This document shows, one piece after another, positions 37,841 to 47,700 of a DNA stretch of 64,000 nucleotides. Positions within the stretch are counted from its first letter, which is position 1, and each line of letters opens with the position of its first letter. The position numbers and the translations under genes are program-made. Source of the stretch: Bacteroidota bacterium (GTDB lineage Bacteria > Bacteroidota > Bacteroidia > Bacteroidales > FEN-979); contig JAPLDO010000233.1 in assembly GCA_026391715.1 (NCBI GenBank), forward strand, positions 1,790 through 65,789. Reading direction: 5' to 3'. The notes under the pieces were generated by a model. The model saw nothing but the letters and a program-made list of their open reading frames with translations. It had not been told where the DNA came from and made no database searches.

Positions 37841-38110
37841 TGAACGTCTTCAATTTTAATAAATATTAATTAGTATCCGGTTGTTTGCCAAATTGTCAAA
37901 ACTAATTTTTCTTTACAACTGGTAGCTGTCTCTATTTTGTTTTGCTACAAACATTTCTTCGCTAAAGGCGCTGTTCCGTAGGAATGGAATGTTAAAACTG
38001 ATTCTGGCATGCTCATTCCATTAAAAAAGTACTGCCAATCATGAGTTATAAGAACAGAGGTTAAAACTTTGTAATTTTGCCAAAAGTTTTAACTTATAAA
38101 TCAATTTCCC

Positions 38111-39304
38111 GTGGATGAAATTCTATTTAAAATTAATGAATTGGCTGAAAACTACGTTGACTATACTTCCGGCAACCTTTCGGAACTTGTAAAAACCCGT
38201 TCATTGAGCGCGGGCGAAAAGGAAGTTGCCGAAGTTCTTGAGCGTCAGATGCGCGATGCAGGATTCGATGAAGTTCGTATTGATAAACTTGGTAATGTTA
38301 TCGGACGCATCGGAAACGGAAAAAAAATTCTTGTTTTCGACGGACATATTGACACCGTTGATACCGGAAACCTTGCCAACTGGAGTTTTGATCCATTTTC
38401 GGGTGAAATCAGAGATGGCTTTGTGCATGGTCGCGGCACAGTTGACCAGAAGGGCGGACCTGCCGCATTCGTAACCGCCGGACGCATTCTGAAGGAGATG
38501 GCTTTCGATAGCGATCTCACCATCTATTTCACAGGTACTGTAATGGAAGAGGATTGCGACGGTCTTTGCTGGAAGTATATTGTGGAAGAGGAGAAAATCC
38601 GTCCCGACTGGGTTGTGATTACCGAACCAACGAACCTTAATATTTACCGCGGACAACGCGGCAGGATGGAAATCCAGGTTTCGTTCCGGGGAATTTCATC
38701 ACACGGATCGGCGCCCGAACGAGGGAAGAATGCTATATATCTCGCCTCCCGCGCCTGCCTGGAAATCGAAAAACTTAATGAACGTTTGAAATCCGATGAT
38801 TTTCTCGGGAAAGGCAGCGTTACTATCTCGGAGTTTGTTTCAGGCAGCCCATCGCTTTGCGCTGTTGCCGACTATGCCCGTATCCACCTCGATCGCAGGC
38901 TCACCTGGGGCGAAACAAAGGAATCGGCAGTTGCTGAAATCCGCGAAATCGTGAAGGAAATGGATGCTGAAGTAACTGTTTTTCAATATGAGGAAACTGC
39001 CTATACCGGACTTCGTTACGGTATGGAAAAATACTATCCCACCTGGAAGATCGAAGAGGATCACCCCTTTGTGATCCGCGCTCAGGAAGCCTTTGCAGGC
39101 ATCTTCGGGAAAGAGCCCATTACTGATAAATGGACATTCTCCACAAATGGCGTTACCATCAATGGCTACTACGGAATCCCTTGTATCGGCTTTGGTCCCG
39201 GCAACGAAGTGTTGGCGCATGCACCCGATGAGAAGGTTCCGGTAAGCGATCTCATTGCGGCTTCAGCTTTCTATGCGGCTCTGGCATTTTATATTTCGGA
39301 GTGA
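38111..39304 (+). CDS. ygeY: YgeY family selenium-metabolism-linked M20 hydrolase
   Basis: DGHIDTVD.GN, GRGTVDQKGG, TVMEEDCDGLCW, EPT, GQRGRMEI, HGSAPERG, DRRLT.GET, DKWTFSTNG, GFGPG.E..AH.PDE. Confidence 0.9.
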   Translation: MDEILFKINELAENYVDYTSGNLSELVKTRSLSAGEKEVAEVLERQMRDAGFDEVRIDKLGNVIGRIGNGKKILVFDGHIDTVDTGNLANWSFDPFSGEIRDGFVHGRGTVDQKGGPAAFVTAGRILKEMAFDSDLTIYFTGTVMEEDCDGLCWKYIVEEEKIRPDWVVITEPTNLNIYRGQRGRMEIQVSFRGISSHGSAPERGKNAIYLASRACLEIEKLNERLKSDDFLGKGSVTISEFVSGSPSLCAVADYARIHLDRRLTWGETKESAVAEIREIVKEMDAEVTVFQYEETAYTGLRYGMEKYYPTWKIEEDHPFVIRAQEAFAGIFGKEPITDKWTFSTNGVTINGYYGIPCIGFGPGNEVLAHAPDEKVPVSDLIAASAFYAALAFYISE

Positions 39305-39312
39305 TTGCTTAA

Positions 39313-39469
39313 TTGAGTCCACTCCGAAAAGTAGTGAAAAAAATAAAGTTTGGCTAAAGCCCGGAATGTCAGCAACTTGAATTGCCACGACCTTAAGGTC
39401 GTGGCAATTGATAATCAGCTCCTTAGTTGGCTTTAGCCAAATTTTTCTTAGTTTTCAAAGTAGGCTCTT
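39313..39469 (+). mobile_element. MITE-like element, copy 2 (nested palindrome)
   Basis: Outer TTGAGTCCACTCCGAAAA/TTTTCAAAGTAGGCTC; middle TTTGGCTAAAGCC/GGCTTTAGCCAAA; core AATTGCCACGACCTTAAGGTCGTGGCAATT. Confidence 0.8.
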
Positions 39470-39515
39470 AATTGCTTTAAATTATGAAGATAAAATCAAG
39501 ATAGAAATCAAGAAA

Positions 39516-40790
39516 ATGTCCGAAAAATTTCATTTCGAATGTATTGATTGCAAAGCTGAATATCCAGGCGATGAACTAATCTACCTTTGCCCTGCCTGTG
39601 AAAAGATAAATCAACCTGGTCAGCCGCCGCGCGGAGTTTTGAAAACTATCTATGATTATTCCTCCATCCGTGGAACTTATTCCCGCAAACGCCTGTTTAA
39701 AACATTGCAGCAAGATCATTTCCTGCCATTGCTTCCGATAGTTAGCTTTGGCAACTGGTCAAAGTTGAGAATAGGAGGGACGCCGTTGTATGGGATTGAG
39801 AAGATTGAGAAGATTGAAGGGATTGAGAGGATTGAAAAGTTTGAATTATTTCTGAAGGATGATTCGCAGAATCCTACTTTTTCATTTAAAGACAGAGCAT
39901 CGGCGCTTGTTTCGGCATGGGCAAAGGAACATGGAATTGAAATGCTGGTGGCGGCTTCAACCGGAAACGCCGGATCGTCTCTTGCCGGTATTTGTGCATC
40001 GCAGCGACAAAAGGCTGTGATAGTGGTTCCTGCAACCGCGCCACTTGCAAAACTTACCCAGGTTCTCATGTATGGCGCTACCCTTATACCCGTGAATGGA
40101 ACTTATGATGAAGCCTTCGACCTTAGTGTGAAACTATCGGAAAAATATGGCTGGTACAACCGCAATACAGCCTATAATCCACTTACCATTGAAGGAAAGA
40201 AAACGGTATCTTTTGAAATTTTTAGCGACCTCGGACAAAGGACTCCCGACCGTATCTTTATCCCGGTTGGCGACGGAGTTATCTTTTCCGGCGTATGTAA
40301 AGGCTTCGAAGAACTGTTAATGCTTGGAATCATTGACCGGATGCCCATTCTCGTAGCCGTTCAGTCGGAAGGCAGCGCCAATCTTGTGCATAATCTGGAA
40401 ACCGACCAATTCGTTTCTAAACCTTCTGTAACATTGGCAGATTCTATTTCTGTTGACATTCCGCGAAATTTTTTTATGACGAAACACTATTTTGAAAAGT
40501 ATCGCAACGAATGGATCACAGTTACAGATAGCGAGATTATATCCGCCTCCGTATCACTCGCAAGATCGTCCGGAATCTTTTCCGAACCTGCTGCGGTTGC
40601 CGCCTTCGCCGGAATGCTAAAGTACAAGGCGCAGGGATTGATTCCATCCGGCGATCTTAATGTGGTTTTGCTTACCGGCAGCGGTTTGAAAGACCCAGCC
40701 GCTGCCCGGTCTCTTCTTTCAATGCCCGAACCGGTGAAACCGGACATTTCAGCAATCGGGCATTTAATATCTGACCTGCTTCATTCCTGA
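39516..40790 (+). CDS. Threonine synthase-like PLP enzyme (fold type II)
   Basis: N-terminal CxxC...CPxC, GGTPL, NPTFSFKDR (PLP lysine), ASTGNAGSS, EGKKT, PVGDG, EPAA, LTGSGLKD. Start at 39516 because the track start (39408) lies inside the MITE. Confidence 0.85.
   Translation: MSEKFHFECIDCKAEYPGDELIYLCPACEKINQPGQPPRGVLKTIYDYSSIRGTYSRKRLFKTLQQDHFLPLLPIVSFGNWSKLRIGGTPLYGIEKIEKIEGIERIEKFELFLKDDSQNPTFSFKDRASALVSAWAKEHGIEMLVAASTGNAGSSLAGICASQRQKAVIVVPATAPLAKLTQVLMYGATLIPVNGTYDEAFDLSVKLSEKYGWYNRNTAYNPLTIEGKKTVSFEIFSDLGQRTPDRIFIPVGDGVIFSGVCKGFEELLMLGIIDRMPILVAVQSEGSANLVHNLETDQFVSKPSVTLADSISVDIPRNFFMTKHYFEKYRNEWITVTDSEIISASVSLARSSGIFSEPAAVAAFAGMLKYKAQGLIPSGDLNVVLLTGSGLKDPAAARSLLSMPEPVKPDISAIGHLISDLLHS
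39794..39845 (+). repeat. In-frame 9-bp tandem repeat (GATTGARRR x5-6)
   Basis: gattgagaa gattgagaa gattgaagg gattgagag gattgaaaa gtttgaa, encoding IEKIEKIEGIERIEKFE. Confidence 0.8.
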
Positions 40791-40910
40791 AAAATTAGAT
40801 TAAGCATATACCAGAAAGCGAAAAAAAATGTCACTTGCGGTGATTATCCTACCTAATTACCGCATATTTTGCGGCGATACATTTTTTGTTGCGGAGAATA
40901 ATAGATAAAT

Positions 40911-41051
40911 TTGAGCCCACTCAGAAAAGTAGTTAGAAAAATAAGAATTTAGCTAAAGCCCGGAATGTCAACAACTTGAATTGCCACTACCTTAAGTGGC
41001 AATTGATAACCAGATAGTTACTGGACTTTAGTCCAAATTGTTTGCTTTTCG
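40911..41051 (+). mobile_element. MITE-like element, copy 3 (right TIR eroded)
   Basis: TTGAGCCCACTCAGAAAAGTAG...GCTAAAGCCCGGAATGTCAACAACTTGAATTGCCACTACCTTAAGTGGCAATTGATAA; aligns with copies 2 and 4. Confidence 0.8.
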
Positions 41052-41071
41052 TTCTAAAGTCTGGAGAAATA

Positions 41072-41160
41072 TGCCGCCATTTCAGGGCTGGTGATAGTCA
41101 TGATTTGCAACATCCGTGGGCTTTACCCACGGTTATTGATATTACGCCGCTTTGCGGCTG
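41072..41160. repeat. REP-like three-hairpin element
   Basis: gccgccatttcagggct ... CCGTGGGctttaCCCACGG ... GCCGCtttGCGGC. Confidence 0.5.
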
Positions 41161-41298
41161 ATTGCTGGGAAATACTTCACTGGTAAGAATGTGTTCAATC
41201 TATAAAATAACGCCCACGGTTCGTAGTCGGTACATTGGCTGGTCGCACAAAAAGAAAATTAACAGAGGTCTAATCAACTACACAAACCAATTAATAGC

Positions 41299-43920
41299 AT
41301 GATTAAATTTTTCCTGAATAATCAACTGATTTGCTTTTCAGGGAATGAAGAGCTGACCCTGCTGAACTACATTCGCGGCTCAGCGGGCATAACCTCGGTT
41401 AAGGATGGCTGTTCCGGACAGGCAGCCTGTGGCGCATGTATGGTGGAAATTGACGGGAAGGCAAAGTTATCCTGCACCCAAAAACTGAAACTCATGGAGG
41501 GAAAGCGGGTTATCACCATGGAAGGCATTCCCGATAAAATCCGCGAAATCATAGCGCAAGCTTATGTTAATAAAGGCGCCGTACAATGTGGCTTTTGTAC
41601 GCCCGGACTAATCATGCGCACAAAAGTTTTGTTCGGAGAAAATCCAAATCCCAACCGGGAAGAAATTAAAAAGGCGATCAACCTGAATCTTTGTCGCTGC
41701 ACCGGATATATAAAAATTGTTGACGCCATTGAAGAGGCTTTGAAGAAACTGCGGGTAAGGAGCGAAAAGGATGACGAAAGGGAATCGCCAGTTCATCCTC
41801 CGGTAAAAGCCGGAATCGGCGAACCGCTACGCAAATATGACGCATATAATACCGCCATCGGGAAAAAACTTTTCGTCAACGACATGCATTTCCCCGGAAT
41901 GTTATATGGCGCATTACGTTTCAGCGACCATCCCAGAGCCGCAGTATTATCTGTTGATGTTTCGGAAGCCTTGAAAACAGAGGGTGTGGTAAGAGTTTTC
42001 ACAGCCGCCGACGTTCCAGGCGAAAGATATACCGGACTTATTTTCAGCGACTGGCCTCTGATGATTGCCAAAGGAGAGATCACAAGGTATATTGGCGATG
42101 TGATTGCAGGCGTGGTAGCCACAGATGAAGAGACCGCGAGGAGAGCGTCAAAGCTCATCCGTATAGATTATGAAGTATTTGAGCCGGTTTCTGATCCTGA
42201 AAAGGCTATTGAGCCAGATTCTCCCGAAGTTCACCCCGGAAAGCCGAACCTGCTGGAGAGGTGCATGGTCAGTCGCGGAGATCCAATAGAAACGGTTTTC
42301 GGCAATTCAAAATATGTTGTTTCCGGAATCTATGAAACGCAGCGAATTGAACACGCTTTCCTCGAAACCGAGGCTGCCATTGCTCTCCCCGATGGCGACG
42401 GGATTCGCCTCTATTCCCAGGGTCAGGGAATTTATGTTGACCAACGACAGGTTGCTTCACTTCTCGCGCTTGATGAAGATAAGGTTCGCGTAACTCTCGC
42501 GCCCTGCGGCGGCGGCTTCGGCGGTCGCGAAGATATGACCGTTCAGGGTCATGCCGCGTTGTTTGCCTGGCATTTGAAATGCCCTGTGCTGGTGCATCTT
42601 TCGCGTGAGGAATCAATAATCATGCACCCAAAGCGACATCCGGTAAAGATGGACGTCACGCTCTCCTGCGATGAACAAGGAATGTTTACAGGGTTGAAAA
42701 TGTTGGCGGTTGGCGATTCTGGGGCTTACGCTTCGGTAGGAACCAAGGTGATGGAGCGAGTTGCAGGTCATGCCAGCGGAGGCTATCATGTTCCATCGGT
42801 TGATATAGAATCTCTGACCGTTTATACCAACAATATTCCTTCAGGCGCTATGCGCGGATTTGGAGCCAACCAGGCGGCTTTCGCACTGGAAAGTTGTGTT
42901 GACGAGTTGTGCGAAAAAGGCGGATTCGACAGGTGGCAGTTCCGGTTTAAAAATGCGCTTGACCATGGAAAGATGACTGCCACAGGGCAGATTCTTGGAG
43001 AAGGAGTCGGGATCAAAGCCTGTCTGACGGCATTGAAAGATCATTTTTATTCTGCAAAATATGCGGGCATTGCCTGTGGAATAAAAAATTCCGGAGTTGG
43101 AAATGGCATGACCGATTTCAGCGATGTAAAAATCAGCATTCTTAATAACGGCAGGGTTTTGATTGAACATGGCTGGACAGAAATGGGTCAAGGAGTGCAG
43201 AATATGGCAATCCAGACCCTTCACGAGGAAACCGGTATCGCCGCTTCCATGATTGATGTGGTTGTGGACACTAATGCAGGGCTACCTACCGGAATGACAA
43301 CTTCATCGCGGGCTACAGCTTTGCTGGGAAATGCTATAATTGACGCTTCAGTCGCGATCCGCAACGACATCAGTCAGTGTATTCAGGGCTTTGGCGATAT
43401 TGAAGAAAATCAGCTTAGCCTTGCCCTTCTTCAGTTGGCAGGAAAAACCTATTCAGGAAAATATTATTGCGACTGGACTACCAAACCTGGCGCCGACGTC
43501 GAAAAAATTGTCACACATTATTCTTATGGTTATGCCGCTCAACTTGTCATTCTGAACGACGAGGGTGAAATAGAAAAAGTTTACGCGGCGCACGATGCCG
43601 GAAAGATCATGAACCCCATGCTTTTCGAGGGACAGATTCAGGGAGCTGTTCACATGGGACTTGGTTATGCGCTGACAGAAGATTTACCGATGGAAAAAAG
43701 CAGGCTTACGAGCGCGAATCTTCGTGATTGCGGAGTATTAACCGCTTCGCAAACCCCTGAAATTATCGTTATCGGCATTGAAGAGGCAGACCCGGTTGGA
43801 CCTTATGGCGCTAAAGGAATTGGCGAAATCGGACTGGTTCCAACGGCGGCGGCGACGGCAAATGCACTGTATCAGTTCGACAAAATCAGAAGGAAAAAGT
43901 TACCGATGAAAAGAACCTGA
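41299..43920 (+). CDS. xdh: Selenium-dependent xanthine dehydrogenase-like molybdoenzyme (2Fe-2S + Moco fusion)
   Basis: KDGCSGQAACGAC, QCGFCTPG, NLCRCTGY, EHAFLETE, GGGFGGRED, HPKRHP, MRGFGANQ, EMGQG, EGQIQGAVHMGLG, AKGIGEIG; lies next to ygeY. Confidence 0.88.
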   Translation: MIKFFLNNQLICFSGNEELTLLNYIRGSAGITSVKDGCSGQAACGACMVEIDGKAKLSCTQKLKLMEGKRVITMEGIPDKIREIIAQAYVNKGAVQCGFCTPGLIMRTKVLFGENPNPNREEIKKAINLNLCRCTGYIKIVDAIEEALKKLRVRSEKDDERESPVHPPVKAGIGEPLRKYDAYNTAIGKKLFVNDMHFPGMLYGALRFSDHPRAAVLSVDVSEALKTEGVVRVFTAADVPGERYTGLIFSDWPLMIAKGEITRYIGDVIAGVVATDEETARRASKLIRIDYEVFEPVSDPEKAIEPDSPEVHPGKPNLLERCMVSRGDPIETVFGNSKYVVSGIYETQRIEHAFLETEAAIALPDGDGIRLYSQGQGIYVDQRQVASLLALDEDKVRVTLAPCGGGFGGREDMTVQGHAALFAWHLKCPVLVHLSREESIIMHPKRHPVKMDVTLSCDEQGMFTGLKMLAVGDSGAYASVGTKVMERVAGHASGGYHVPSVDIESLTVYTNNIPSGAMRGFGANQAAFALESCVDELCEKGGFDRWQFRFKNALDHGKMTATGQILGEGVGIKACLTALKDHFYSAKYAGIACGIKNSGVGNGMTDFSDVKISILNNGRVLIEHGWTEMGQGVQNMAIQTLHEETGIAASMIDVVVDTNAGLPTGMTTSSRATALLGNAIIDASVAIRNDISQCIQGFGDIEENQLSLALLQLAGKTYSGKYYCDWTTKPGADVEKIVTHYSYGYAAQLVILNDEGEIEKVYAAHDAGKIMNPMLFEGQIQGAVHMGLGYALTEDLPMEKSRLTSANLRDCGVLTASQTPEIIVIGIEEADPVGPYGAKGIGEIGLVPTAAATANALYQFDKIRRKKLPMKRT

Positions 43921-44023
43921 CGCCAATATCTACCGTGAGATCCCTGACGAACCGGGACATTTGCTAACATCCATAAAGTTAGACATTGAGGAGATCGACG
44001 GGAACCAACGTGAGAACAACATC

Positions 44024-45319
44024 CTAACTGAAAAGTTGGATCCGGTCATCAGCCTGGTTGATTTCTATTGTTGGGAGTTCAATCCAGAAGGCGCTACCTT
44101 CGCCGACAATGCTTTCAACGCCAACCAATCCTTTTGTGGCTTCCATTATTCGCTTAACTATAGTTAGTCCAAGCCCGGCGCCTTCAGTTTCTGTTTTTTC
44201 AACCCCAATGCGTTCGAAGGGTGAAAAAAGTTTTGGAATGTCATCCGATGGAATACCCATACCGGTATCTGTAATAGAAATCCGAACAAAAACAATTCCT
44301 TTATCGTCCATAGGCTGCGTTTCAATTTTGACTAAAATAGCGCCGCCTTGCCTGTTATACTTCACGGCATTGGTGAGCAGGTTGAACAACACTTGTTTTA
44401 AACGTTTCCTGTCGGACATTACAAAAATTGGGTTTACAGACCCATTTACAAGCTCAGGTTTAATTTGCCTGGCATTGGCGAGTGGCTGAATCGCGTCCAT
44501 CATTTCAGAAACGACACTGTTTACCTCCACAGGTTCGGATAAAAGTGGGAGTTTGCCGGATTCGATTCCTGAAATGTCTAATACAACATCTATTAATTCG
44601 AGCAGATATTTCCCGCTGGTTAAAATGTGACCGACACTTTTCTTATGTCTGGGGTTGAGTTCTCCCATATCCATCAACTGTGCAAAGCCAAGTATTGCAT
44701 TCATCGGGGTCCTTAATTCATGGCTTACGCGGGAGAGGAATTCGCTTTTGGCACGATTTGCCTTCATTGCCTGGTCTCTTGATCGAATGATCTCTTCTTC
44801 AGCCCTTTTAATATCCAGGATATTTTTTTGAAGATTTTTATTGACTTCCCTGAGCTCCTGGGTTCGCTCTTCAACTTTTAACTCAAGTGTGGCATTTAGT
44901 TCCTGAAGTTCTTGGCTTTGCCGGTGCAATTTAAGATGCGTGTAAACACGGGCTTTTACCTCTTCTGCCTGAAAAGGTTTATTGATAAAATCAACTCCGC
45001 CTGTAGTCAAAGCTTTTACGATATTAGCCGTGTCGCCCAGCGCGCTGATAAAAATAACCGGTACATCAGCCAGACCGGGGTTTGCTTTTAACCGGCGGCA
45101 AACTTCAAATCCATCCATTCCCGGCATCCTGATATCGAGCAGGATCAAGTCAGGCTTCTCTTTTTCCGCAGCATTCAATGCCAGCATTCCGCCGGGAACG
45201 GGTCTTGTTTTATACCCTTCGGGTTCTAGTATGTCGTCAAGCAACTTGAGATTGTCGCCAATATCATCAACTATCAGGATATTGGGAATGTATCGGCCGT
45301 CAAGGGCGTCGTCTTTCAT
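44024..45319 (-). CDS. Hybrid sensor kinase (REC-coiled coil-HisKA-HATPase)
   Basis: ILIVDD...LLDIRMPGMDG...KPF; SHELRTPMNA; NAVKYN, DTGMGI, GAGLGL. Confidence 0.92.
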   Translation of the reverse strand: MKDDALDGRYIPNILIVDDIGDNLKLLDDILEPEGYKTRPVPGGMLALNAAEKEKPDLILLDIRMPGMDGFEVCRRLKANPGLADVPVIFISALGDTANIVKALTTGGVDFINKPFQAEEVKARVYTHLKLHRQSQELQELNATLELKVEERTQELREVNKNLQKNILDIKRAEEEIIRSRDQAMKANRAKSEFLSRVSHELRTPMNAILGFAQLMDMGELNPRHKKSVGHILTSGKYLLELIDVVLDISGIESGKLPLLSEPVEVNSVVSEMMDAIQPLANARQIKPELVNGSVNPIFVMSDRKRLKQVLFNLLTNAVKYNRQGGAILVKIETQPMDDKGIVFVRISITDTGMGIPSDDIPKLFSPFERIGVEKTETEGAGLGLTIVKRIMEATKGLVGVESIVGEGSAFWIELPTIEINQADDRIQLFS

Positions 45320-47700
45320 TTTTTTCTGATTGTCAATATCTGTAACAGGTAATTATAATTAAAATCGGTTGCCTCGGTCATTAGGTGACTACAGAGATGC
45401 GGATAATCATTTTCAATGCTCTTAATATGCGCTGTAAGCAGGTGAAAATCGGCTGATTCAACTGCACGCATCATTTGTAATACCAGCTCTTCCGGCAGTT
45501 TTGCAATATCATCCTCAACGATTCCATTGTTATTCAAATATTTGGAAAGAGTGTCGGATGTTGTTTCTTCTTTGTAAACATACTCGATGCCAAGCGCCTT
45601 GCCGATTATGTCAAACAAGTCACTTTCGTGAAAGGGCTTGCGGATATAGCCTTCGATATCAAGTGTGGATGTTTTTTGTTTCTCGTCTTCATGCGAGCTG
45701 GCGGTTACCGCAATAATCGGCGTTTGCTTCCCTTTTTCAGTTGATTTGATGTGTCGGGTTGCCTCATAGCCATCCATCACGGGCATTCGCATATCCATCA
45801 GAATCAGGTGCGGGTTCCACTCTTCAAACTTCGTAATGGCATCTGCTCCGTTTACCGCTTCATTGGTTTCGAAACCAGCCAGTCTGAGAAAACTCCCCAT
45901 TACCTGCCTGTTCTCTTCTTTATCATCTACAATCAGTAAGCGATAAACATCGTTTGGGTTATCAATGCCCGTCACACGTTTTGAAATGTAAGCTTCACGA
46001 ACTTCGGGTTTCCCCTCCCTGATTTCCACATTGATGGTAAAAACCGAACCTTTACCTTTTTCGCTGGCAACGGTAATATCTCCCCCCATTAACAGGGCCA
46101 GTTCACGGCTCAGGGCAAGCCCCAGACCTGTGCCGCTGTTTTTCTTGATTCCGGCAGTTGTCTGTTCGAACTGTCTAAAGAGTTTTCCCAGTTCGTCCTC
46201 CGACATTCCCGGACCTGAATCCTGAATTTCGACAATCAGGCGGCTTTTGCTGTCATTACCTTTATAAACGCGGGTATTTACGGTAACTCCGCCTTTGTCG
46301 GTGAATTTTATTGCATTTCCGATAAGATTGATAAGGATTTGTCGTAATTTATGGTCATCTGTAATGATATGATGCGGAAGATCGCCGGAGGCTTCAATAA
46401 CCAACTGAAGTTGTTTGGATTGGGCTTGTTCTTTGAACATCATCTGTACGTCGTTCAAAACAGCATGCAGATCAAAATTTGTAGGGTTTAACACTGCGCG
46501 GCCAGCTTCCATTTTAGACAATTCAAGAATGTCGTTTATGAGTTTTAGCAAATGTTCGCCGGCTCGATTGATGGAGGCAACAAACTCCTTTTGTGAATTG
46601 GTTAATGATTTTTCCCGGTTCATCAGTTGCGAAAACCCAATGATCGCGTTCAGTGGCGTTCTGATTTCATGCGACATATTCGTCAGGAATGTACTCTTAG
46701 CCTTATTGGCAACTTCGGCGTCTTCCTTTGCCTTAAGGAGCGCTATTTCAGCCTTCTTGCGCTCAGTGATATCGCGGGTGACGCCAATCATAGATACTGA
46801 ACTTCCGTCATTCTCCAGTACCGGATAACAAAAAGATTCGGTCAACAATGTAGACCCGTCTTTACGATAATACTCAAGTTCTCCATGAAAGTCTGGCAGA
46901 GGCAGTCCAGTCACAAAAGCAGCATGTAGTTGCTGAACGTAACCTATGCTAATGACTTGAGAATCTGGTGTGAGTATCTTGTCAAGCGGCTGGTTCATCG
47001 CCTCCTCCACAGTGAGGCCGCGCAACAGCTCCACGGCTGGACTGACATAAGTAATGGTGCCGTCAAGATTCATGGTATAGACGACATCCCTGGTATTTTG
47101 TGCCAATAACCGGTAACGTTCTTCGCTGATCCGCAACTCATCTTCCACCCGTTTGCGCTCGGTGATGTCGGTGATGAAGCCATGCCACATCACCGATCCA
47201 TCCGCCTCCTTCTGAGGTATAGCATTGCCGTAGAGTGAGTGGATGGTGTCATCATCAAATTTCACCCGGTATTCATGTTGCCAGGGAGTGAGGTTTTGCG
47301 CCGATTCCTTGATTGAAGCGACAACGCCGGCAAGGTCGTCAGGATGACCATTTGCAAATACCTTTGAAGCATCTTCTCGCACTTCATCGGGGCTTACCCG
47401 GTATATCTCCCTGATAGCCTCGCTGGCGTAAGGGAAACAGGAGGTTCCGTCGGGGCGCAGAAGATATTGGTAAACAAGTCCGGGAACCCGGCTGGCGATT
47501 TTCTTCAGATTATCCTGTTGAAATGCCAGTTCTTTGTTGGCAATGAGCAGCTCTTCGGCTCGTTTTGTTTTTTCTTCGTTTTGAAATGCCAGTTCTTCTA
47601 TAAGTTCAAGTATTTTGGCTTCTGACTTCATTTTGAGCAACTCTTCAGCCTTTTGACGAATAATTTCGGCTGTTGATTTGTTTTCGGCATTTTTTTTCAT
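45316..47700 (-). CDS. PAS-PAS hybrid histidine kinase / response regulator
   Basis: ELAFQNEEK..RAEELLIANKELAFQ coiled coil, two PAS/PAC (DITERK), SHEIRTPLNA, HATPase, REC (MDMRMP). Confidence 0.92.
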   Translation of the reverse strand: MKKNAENKSTAEIIRQKAEELLKMKSEAKILELIEELAFQNEEKTKRAEELLIANKELAFQQDNLKKIASRVPGLVYQYLLRPDGTSCFPYASEAIREIYRVSPDEVREDASKVFANGHPDDLAGVVASIKESAQNLTPWQHEYRVKFDDDTIHSLYGNAIPQKEADGSVMWHGFITDITERKRVEDELRISEERYRLLAQNTRDVVYTMNLDGTITYVSPAVELLRGLTVEEAMNQPLDKILTPDSQVISIGYVQQLHAAFVTGLPLPDFHGELEYYRKDGSTLLTESFCYPVLENDGSSVSMIGVTRDITERKKAEIALLKAKEDAEVANKAKSTFLTNMSHEIRTPLNAIIGFSQLMNREKSLTNSQKEFVASINRAGEHLLKLINDILELSKMEAGRAVLNPTNFDLHAVLNDVQMMFKEQAQSKQLQLVIEASGDLPHHIITDDHKLRQILINLIGNAIKFTDKGGVTVNTRVYKGNDSKSRLIVEIQDSGPGMSEDELGKLFRQFEQTTAGIKKNSGTGLGLALSRELALLMGGDITVASEKGKGSVFTINVEIREGKPEVREAYISKRVTGIDNPNDVYRLLIVDDKEENRQVMGSFLRLAGFETNEAVNGADAITKFEEWNPHLILMDMRMPVMDGYEATRHIKSTEKGKQTPIIAVTASSHEDEKQKTSTLDIEGYIRKPFHESDLFDIIGKALGIEYVYKEETTSDTLSKYLNNNGIVEDDIAKLPEELVLQMMRAVESADFHLLTAHIKSIENDYPHLCSHLMTEATDFNYNYLLQILTIRKK

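Noticed and set aside
39408-39515. N-terminal extension of the threonine-synthase-like ORF; ORFs 49167-49376 and 49176-49400
   Set aside because: These frames start within or translate the palindromic MITE copies.
41299-43920. Selenocysteine (UGA) recoding in xdh
   Set aside because: The frame has no internal TGA; this enzyme class uses a labile selenium cofactor rather than Sec.
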